From: Candidatus Kapaibacterium sp.
GTDB taxonomy: Bacteria; Bacteroidota; Ignavibacteria; Kapaibacteriales; UBA2268
DNA: 64,000 nucleotides
Direction of reading: 5' to 3'
Assembly (NCBI GenBank): GCA_963665665.1
Contig: OY762428.1
Span: 1,536,001-1,600,000 of the forward strand
In this document: in pieces, positions 58,427 to 64,000 of the stretch
How positions within the stretch are numbered: the first letter of the stretch is position 1
Layout: each line of letters opens with the position of its first letter
Notes under the pieces: generated by a model
What the model saw: the letters and a program-made list of their open reading frames with translations, nothing else
Told to the model about the DNA's origin: nothing
Databases searched by the model: none
Translations under genes and position numbers: made by a program

Positions 58427-60526
58427 ATGCGGAAAGTATTATTCATATTTGCAGCCCTGCTGCTCATATCAGCAGAAACTTATGCCGGCATTTACGGCAT
58501 ACTGAAAGGAACAGTAAAGGACGATGAAGGCAAAGCTATTATCGGTGCCACCGTGCGTGTTGAAGGAACTACACGCGGAACTTATGTTAAGCAGAAAGAC
58601 GGCTCGTTTACTATTGTAAATATCCCGGCTGGAGAATATTTGGTAAAAGCAACAAGCGTTGGATATACCGAATTCAAGCAGAAAGTAAAAATAAAACCTG
58701 ATACAACTGCTCATATTACCATTGTTATGAGTAACAAAGTAACCTGTACAGAAGGTATTTGCGTGGCCGCAAGTAAGCCTATGGTTGATAACAGCTCAGT
58801 AGGAAGTGTAAATAAAATTACGCCATTTGGTTCTTCGTCCGGTGGATCAGGCAGAAGAAAAGTAAAGAAAATGGGTAGCGAGGAAACTACTTCCACAGTT
58901 GGTACGAGTGTAAAATCTGTAATAAGCTATACTCCGGGTGCAGTTAGCGGTGCTAATGGCATATCCATTCGCGGAGCCAGATGTTCTGAAACGCAGATAC
59001 GCGTTGACGGAGTGGATATTTCGAACCAGTATATAGGAACATCTTCCTATGCTAAACCAGTATCTACCAAAACAGAAAAATTTAATACAGAAAATTACAA
59101 TGCCATTATAGAAAATGAGTTTAAAGAAACTTTAAGCAGCCCCCTTTCGACTTTCGCTATTGACGTTGACGCGGCATCATACAGCATGGTGCGCCGCAGT
59201 ATTAACGAGGACAGGCTGCCGCCAAAGGGCGCTGTGAGGATCGAGGAGCTTATCAATTACTTCAATTACAATTATCCTCGCCCGGCGGATGGCGGCCTGC
59301 CCTTCACTATAAACAGCGAATACGGCAAATGTCCCTGGAATGATAAGCACGGCCTGCTTATGATAGGACTTCAGGGATATGAAATCCCGACTGAAAAATT
59401 GCCTGCTGCAAACCTGGTATTCCTGATTGACGTATCCGGTTCCATGCAGTATTACGATAAATTGCCTCTCTTGAAGAAGTCCCTGCGCCTGCTGACTACA
59501 AAGCTCCGCCCAATAGACAAAGTCTCGATAGTCGTTTACGCGGGCGCAGCCGGACTTGTTCTTGAACCTACATCAGGCAGTGATAAACTGAAGATAGACA
59601 AAGCAATAGAGGATATTGAAGCCGGTGGCTCAACTAATGGAGCCGGAGGAATCAAACTGGCCTACGAAATTGCCGAAAAGAATATGATAAAAGACGGGGT
59701 TAACAGGGTGATACTTGCAACTGACGGAGACTTTAACGTGGGAGTTTCATCAGAAGACGGATTGCTTGACCTGATCAAAAAAGAAAGAAAGAAAGGAATA
59801 GCCCTGACAGTACTTGGATTTGGCTCCGGAAATTACCAGGATGCAAAAATGGAACTTCTTGCCGATAAGGGTAATGGCAACTATGCATATATTGATAATA
59901 TCAACGAAGCACAGAAAGCCCTTGTTAACGAGATGGGAGCCACCCTGGCAACAATTGCCAAGGACGTGAAAATACAGATAGAATTCAATCCCCTGAAGGT
60001 GAAAGGCTACCGGCTGATTGGTTATGAGAACAGGATGCTTCAGAATGAAGACTTCGACGATGATAAAAAAGACGCAGGTGAAATTGGTGCCGGGCACAAC
60101 GTAACGGCATTTTACGAGATTATTCCGGCAGGTTCTGATGAAAAGGTGAAAACAACCGGAAAACTGAAATACCAGGAAAACACAATCACTGCCAGAGCTG
60201 CAAAATCTAACGAGTTAGTAACAGTGAAGATCAGGTACAAAGCCCCGGACGGCGATGATAGTAAACTTATCAGCAATACAGTAGCTGACAACATGGTAAA
60301 CATTAATTCCTGTTCCGAAAATTACAGGTTTGCCGCATCAGTAGCCGCATGGGGAATGCTTCTCAGGGAAAGCGAATTTATCAGCAATTACAACTATTCT
60401 GATATTGAAAAACTGGCTGCCTCTGCCGCAGGAAGCGACGCCAACGGCTACAGAAAAGAATTTATTGACCTGGTGAAAAAGACGAATACAATTTTCGGCC
60501 TTCAGGCCAATAGCAATAAAAATTAA
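58427..60526 (+). CDS. Secreted YfbK-like vWA protein (carboxypeptidase-regulatory-like + plug-like + vWF_A/VWA/DUF3520)
   Basis: PLSTF.IDVD.ASYS, VRIEE.INYF.Y.Y, DVSGSM, ATDGDFNVG, YRLIGYENR, DAGEIG.GH; AAGGAG RBS before ATG 58427. Confidence 0.9.
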   Translation: MRKVLFIFAALLLISAETYAGIYGILKGTVKDDEGKAIIGATVRVEGTTRGTYVKQKDGSFTIVNIPAGEYLVKATSVGYTEFKQKVKIKPDTTAHITIVMSNKVTCTEGICVAASKPMVDNSSVGSVNKITPFGSSSGGSGRRKVKKMGSEETTSTVGTSVKSVISYTPGAVSGANGISIRGARCSETQIRVDGVDISNQYIGTSSYAKPVSTKTEKFNTENYNAIIENEFKETLSSPLSTFAIDVDAASYSMVRRSINEDRLPPKGAVRIEELINYFNYNYPRPADGGLPFTINSEYGKCPWNDKHGLLMIGLQGYEIPTEKLPAANLVFLIDVSGSMQYYDKLPLLKKSLRLLTTKLRPIDKVSIVVYAGAAGLVLEPTSGSDKLKIDKAIEDIEAGGSTNGAGGIKLAYEIAEKNMIKDGVNRVILATDGDFNVGVSSEDGLLDLIKKERKKGIALTVLGFGSGNYQDAKMELLADKGNGNYAYIDNINEAQKALVNEMGATLATIAKDVKIQIEFNPLKVKGYRLIGYENRMLQNEDFDDDKKDAGEIGAGHNVTAFYEIIPAGSDEKVKTTGKLKYQENTITARAAKSNELVTVKIRYKAPDGDDSKLISNTVADNMVNINSCSENYRFAASVAAWGMLLRESEFISNYNYSDIEKLAASAAGSDANGYRKEFIDLVKKTNTIFGLQANSNKN

Positions 60527-60567
60527 CCCTTAACTCCGGCGATAAGCAGCCTTTTGGGTAGGTTGCG

Positions 60568-60604
60568 AACAAGCGGTCGGGAGCGCGCCCGGCCGCTTGT
60601 TTTA
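60568..60604 (+). terminator. Intrinsic terminator
   Basis: AACAAGCGGTCGGG-AGCGCG-CCCGGCCGCTTGTT followed by Ts. Confidence 0.8.
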
Positions 60605-60679
60605 TTATTATATTGTCGAATCTTATTGCCTTATGACGAATAATCGAATAACTGACCTCCGCTGGCGTGGGTGAACTCT

Positions 60680-60910
60680 TCATTCCTGAGTTTTATTACT
60701 AATTTCTTCCAATTTTTTTGCAACCTGATCTTTTAATGTGAAATGTAGAACCAAGGAAAGAATTAGAGAAGGAAATACAATTTCCAATATTGATATCCTG
60801 TAGCCATCCCCCAATACATAAAATAATAAATCAAAAATAATTGAGTTTAATAAACAAAATAAAAATGTCAGATACCACTTTGACAGAATCTTTAGTACAA
60901 ATTTTTTCAT
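60680..60910 (-). CDS. Small two-TM hypothetical membrane protein
   Basis: 76 aa, two hydrophobic segments, follows rsgA on the same strand. Confidence 0.55.
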   Translation of the reverse strand: MKKFVLKILSKWYLTFLFCLLNSIIFDLLFYVLGDGYRISILEIVFPSLILSLVLHFTLKDQVAKKLEEISNKTQE

Positions 60911-60938
60911 CCTGGTACAATCAATTATCAGATAATGA

Positions 60939-62000
60939 TCATTTCATCCTGTTTTTCTTACGTATGGCCTTCACATCCTTTACCATTTTGCCGAATTCCT
61001 TATCGCGGCGGCGGCGTTCCAGGTCCGTGCGTTCATAGTGGGCTGCTTCGCGGCTCAGCTTATGATAATTTTCCAGCACATCGGGGTCAAGTTCGCCCTG
61101 CTCCACTGCGAGTAGTACCCTGCATCCCGGTTCGTTTACATGGGTACAATCATCAAAACGGCATTCAGGAGCAAGTTCGCTGATCATTTCGAATGAATTA
61201 TCCACCGCGTCGGTTCCTACTGAAATACCTACCTCGCGCATTCCCGGTGTGTCAATTATCAATGCTCCGGACGGGAGAAGAATAATTTCCCTGCGCGTTG
61301 TGGTATGGCGTCCCTTGCCCGTGCTGTCACTTAATTCCAGTGTTTCCTGAATATCCTTTCCGGCAAGCCTGTTTATAAGAGTGGACTTTCCGGCTCCGGA
61401 CGAACCGACAAAGCAATATGTTTTCCCTGCGGCAAGCGAAGATTCAAAATTATCTATACCCGAGCCGTCCAGGCTGCTGAGGAAATGAATGTCTTCCACG
61501 TTCAGCCTTGCAGATAGTCTTTCCTTCATCTCATTGATCGAATCTTCGCCGGTCAGGTCCGATTTGCTGACAATAATGCCGGGCTTAATATTACCCTCGC
61601 GTATCAGTGTGATGTACCTTTCCACGCGGTTGATATTGAAATCCCTGTCGGCGGCCATAACAACAAAGGCTATATCAATATTTGCGGCTATGAGTTGTTT
61701 GTCTGACCTGCCGCCCGAGGCTTTCCTGGCAAGGCTGGATTTCCGGGGCAGCAAATCCTGTATAATCGCGCTGTCGCCGAAAATAGTAACAGCAACATAA
61801 TCGCCCACAGCCGGCAGTTCGGACTGGTCATCAGTAGAGTACATCAGTTTTCCGCTAAGTTCCGCCATGCCGGTATAGCCTTCCGCAACGATAGAATACC
61901 TGTCCTTATGCCGCGAAATAATTCTTGCAGGCGCGAAGCTTTCCGGGAACATCTTCCCGAACTCTTCGCTTAATAATTCCGTGTAACCGTATTTTTTCAT
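60939..62000 (-). CDS. rsgA: Ribosome small subunit-dependent GTPase A
   Basis: PAVGD, AANID, GSSGAGKSTL.N, GRHTTT, DTPGMR, CRF.DC.H..EPGC zinc finger. Confidence 0.94.
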   Translation of the reverse strand: MKKYGYTELLSEEFGKMFPESFAPARIISRHKDRYSIVAEGYTGMAELSGKLMYSTDDQSELPAVGDYVAVTIFGDSAIIQDLLPRKSSLARKASGGRSDKQLIAANIDIAFVVMAADRDFNINRVERYITLIREGNIKPGIIVSKSDLTGEDSINEMKERLSARLNVEDIHFLSSLDGSGIDNFESSLAAGKTYCFVGSSGAGKSTLINRLAGKDIQETLELSDSTGKGRHTTTRREIILLPSGALIIDTPGMREVGISVGTDAVDNSFEMISELAPECRFDDCTHVNEPGCRVLLAVEQGELDPDVLENYHKLSREAAHYERTDLERRRRDKEFGKMVKDVKAIRKKNRMK

Positions 62001-62120
62001 TTTTTGTATTTATTTGTTTATGATAATAATTTCAAAATTAGTGTAAATTTGAACTTATACCAATATTTTATATAATTAAATTACAAGTTGAAACTCGGAT
62101 GGTTTAAAATTTTGAAGAAA

Positions 62121-62236
62121 AAACCTATAAATGTCATTCTGAAGGAGCCTGCGACTGAAGAATCCATCTTTTTCTTAAAGAATTATTGAAGAATGGATTC
62201 TTCGCTGGCGCTCAGAATGACCGATTTATACAGTTT
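62121..62236. repeat. REP-like palindrome of the GTCATTCTGA...GAAGAATCC family
   Basis: GTCATTCTGA...GAAGAATCCAT / ATGGATTCTTC...TCAGAATGAC; same family as 31375-31446. Confidence 0.75.
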
Positions 62237-62247
62237 TTCCAGATTCC

Positions 62248-62366
62248 TTTCTCCTCCTTCCCAGGTTGTACTTGTGAAGGACATATCCCGCAAAGTTAAA
62301 CATTGAAAAATTTAGAAGCTAAGCTTCCATTGAAAGCTGCATTGCGAAGTACAACTTCGCAATGAG
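62248..62366. repeat. Multi-hairpin REP-like element, copy 1
   Basis: CATTGCGAAGT-ACA-ACTTCGCAATG palindrome plus decayed hairpins; repeated at 63405-63523. Confidence 0.75.
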
Positions 62367-62392
62367 ATGAAGATGTTTTTCATAATTATACA

Positions 62393-62827
62393 TCATTCGT
62401 CCAATTCACGATTATCAAAGTCTTGAATAGCACATAAAATAAATTGGTTTTTATTAGGACTTTTACAAAAATAGAAATAAATTTCCATTCCAGTATTTTT
62501 ACTAACTATCCCGATGATGTAAATATGTGTCATTATACTGCCATTTGGCCTTTTCACATCATAGGAATCACCATATAATACCTCATATCCCTCAGAAAAA
62601 TTCAACTCAATATATTTGATCCATTTTTTTAAAATTCTGGATTTTAACCGTGTTAGTCTTGATCCTTCATGATAGTAATCACTTTTATCAATTATTTTTT
62701 CAATATCTGAAGGATTCTTCATAATATCATCAATGAATTCCATTTTAGATACATCTATTGTTTTGCATGAAGTTATTAAAGAGGCAATAAAAGTTCCTCC
62801 CATAATCAATAGGGCCACCTTAGCCAT
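62393..62827 (-). CDS. Hypothetical lipoprotein, type B copy 1
   Basis: MAKVALL...LITSC lipobox; 131/144 aa identical to 63550-63984. Confidence 0.8.
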   Translation of the reverse strand: MAKVALLIMGGTFIASLITSCKTIDVSKMEFIDDIMKNPSDIEKIIDKSDYYHEGSRLTRLKSRILKKWIKYIELNFSEGYEVLYGDSYDVKRPNGSIMTHIYIIGIVSKNTGMEIYFYFCKSPNKNQFILCAIQDFDNRELDE

Positions 62828-63219
62828 CCAAAAGTATTGATTCTTACTAAAAACCATGGCCCCGTCCTTTTTTTTGATTCAAATACAAAAAACAGTTTTT
62901 TGTTTTCATCATTCTCAATCCCGATAATATGATGAAAATGAGTTATTTCCCAATCAGTTTCTTTAGCAATTTTCTTATCGCCAAAATAACTATAATCCTG
63001 AAATTCGGTTTTTATTATTTCTGCATATAATTTATAATCTGTTTCTCTATCACCTATCCATTTCTCAGTATAAAAACCATTTTCCTTGACAATATTCTCA
63101 ATGTTATCAGGATCAGCAAGTATTTTTTCAATTAATAAACATTTCTCTTTATCAATCTCTTTGCATGACAAAGTAATAACTATGGGTATCAAACATATTA
63201 TAATCATTAACTTACTCAT
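62806..63219 (-). CDS. Hypothetical lipoprotein, type A (distant paralog of type B)
   Basis: ITLSC lipobox; SCK.ID..K...I..I...P..IE.I and IIGI motifs shared with type B. Confidence 0.75.
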   Translation of the reverse strand: MSKLMIIICLIPIVITLSCKEIDKEKCLLIEKILADPDNIENIVKENGFYTEKWIGDRETDYKLYAEIIKTEFQDYSYFGDKKIAKETDWEITHFHHIIGIENDENKKLFFVFESKKRTGPWFLVRINTFGWLRWPY

Positions 63220-63377
63220 AAATATTTCCCCGGGTCGCAGTCGTTTATTCATTTTAGCAAATATAATAAATCATTTATTAATTGAATAACATCATTATTT
63301 AATTAACCGTTAATTATTGAACTAATTACATTGCAGCCTGATAATATGGCGCAATTTCGGAGGAATTATAAATAAAA

Positions 63378-63402
63378 GGGCATCCACAAGGGAGGCCCCT
63401 AC
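63378..63402 (-). repeat. GTAG-type REP (single copy)
   Basis: Minus strand reads GTAGGGGCCTCCCTTGTGGATGCCC. Confidence 0.6.
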
Positions 63403-63404
63403 GG

Positions 63405-63523
63405 TTTCTCCTCCCTCCCAGATTATACTTGGGAAGTACATATCCCGCAAAGTTAAACTTTGAAAAATTCCGAAACTCAGCTTCTGCGGAAAACTGCATT
63501 GCGAAGTACAACTTTGCAATGAG
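63405..63523. repeat. Multi-hairpin REP-like element, copy 2
   Basis: Lies 1157 bp from copy 1; TCCCAGATTATACTTGGGA, GAAACTCAGCTTC and CATTGCGAAGT..ACTTTGCAATG hairpins. Confidence 0.75.
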
Positions 63524-63549
63524 ATGAAGATGTTTTTCATAATTATCCC

Positions 63550-63984
63550 TTATTCGTCCAATTCACGATTATCAAAGTCTTGAATAGCACATAAATGAAA
63601 ATGGTTTTTATCAGGTTTTTTACAAAAATAGAAAAAAATTTCCATTCCGGTATTTTTACTAACTATCCCGATGATGTAAATATGTTTTATTAGACTGCCA
63701 TTTGGCATTTCCACATCATAGGAATCACCACATAATACCTCATATCCCTCAGAAAAATTCAACTCAATATATTTGATCCATTTTTTTAAAATTCTGGATT
63801 TTAACCGTGTTAGTCTTGATCCTTCATGATAGTAATCACTTTTATCAATTATTTTTTCAATATCTGAAGGGTTCTTCATAATATCATCAATGAAATTCAT
63901 TTTAGATACATCTATTGTTTTGCATGAAGTTATTAAAGAGGCAATAAAAGTTCCTCCTATAATCAATAGGGCCACCTTAGCCAT
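63550..63984 (-). CDS. Hypothetical lipoprotein, type B copy 2
   Basis: Near-identical to 62393-62827 at an offset of 1157 bp. Confidence 0.8.
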   Translation of the reverse strand: MAKVALLIIGGTFIASLITSCKTIDVSKMNFIDDIMKNPSDIEKIIDKSDYYHEGSRLTRLKSRILKKWIKYIELNFSEGYEVLCGDSYDVEMPNGSLIKHIYIIGIVSKNTGMEIFFYFCKKPDKNHFHLCAIQDFDNRELDE

Positions 63985-64000
63985 CCAAAAGTATTGATTC
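63963..64000 (-). CDS. 3' end of a second type A lipoprotein gene (truncated by window edge)
   Basis: Sequence identical to 62806-62843, encoding ...INTFGWLRWPY*. Confidence 0.6.
   Translation of the reverse strand, partial: INTFGWLRWPY

Noticed and set aside
232-61800. Numerous antisense and alternate-frame ORFs in the ORF track
   Set aside because: They overlap well-supported genes and lack recognisable motifs
63322-63540. Short ORFs 63322-63540 and 63326-63511
   Set aside because: They run through REP-like palindromes and are not preserved in the other copy of the element
62248-63549. Integron attC cassettes
   Set aside because: No clear RYYYAAC...GTTRRRY boundaries at gene ends and no integron integrase in the window; the repeats fit REP-type palindromes better

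Overview
AT-rich bacterial chromosomal window. It most likely comes from a non-Bacteroidia member of the FCB group (Ignavibacteria/Ca. Kapabacteria-like). This is inferred from T9SS-type C-terminal domains, a TonB receptor + DUF4249 pair, exosortase N and AGGAG-type ribosome-binding sites. Housekeeping genes include xerC, pepF, cstA, a solitary dnaA, an M23 peptidase, a P-type ATPase, queA, rnhA, clpC and rsgA, along with transporters and kinases. No rRNA, tRNA, CRISPR array, transposase or reverse transcriptase was recognised. The most unusual features are five. (1) Two paralogous ECF sigma operons whose partner proteins appear to join an N-terminal anti-sigma-like domain, one TM helix, a long linker and a C-terminal outer-membrane beta-barrel; a shared ECF-type promoter motif lies upstream of several secreted-protein genes. 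(2) A gene-free 1.25 kb segment bounded by a 14-bp direct repeat and imperfect inverted repeats, carrying two back-to-back 21-bp tandem arrays. (3) A REP-punctuated tandem array of paralogous lipoprotein genes at the right edge, whose near-identical copies differ almost only by amino-acid-changing substitutions. (4) A Cys-rich GLUG-like T9SS cargo gene flanked by a 51-bp promoter-containing direct repeat, with a MITE in its leader. (5) Recurrent GGA-loop hairpin and leader motifs in intergenic regions. All calls come from reading the sequence by eye; no database searches were run.
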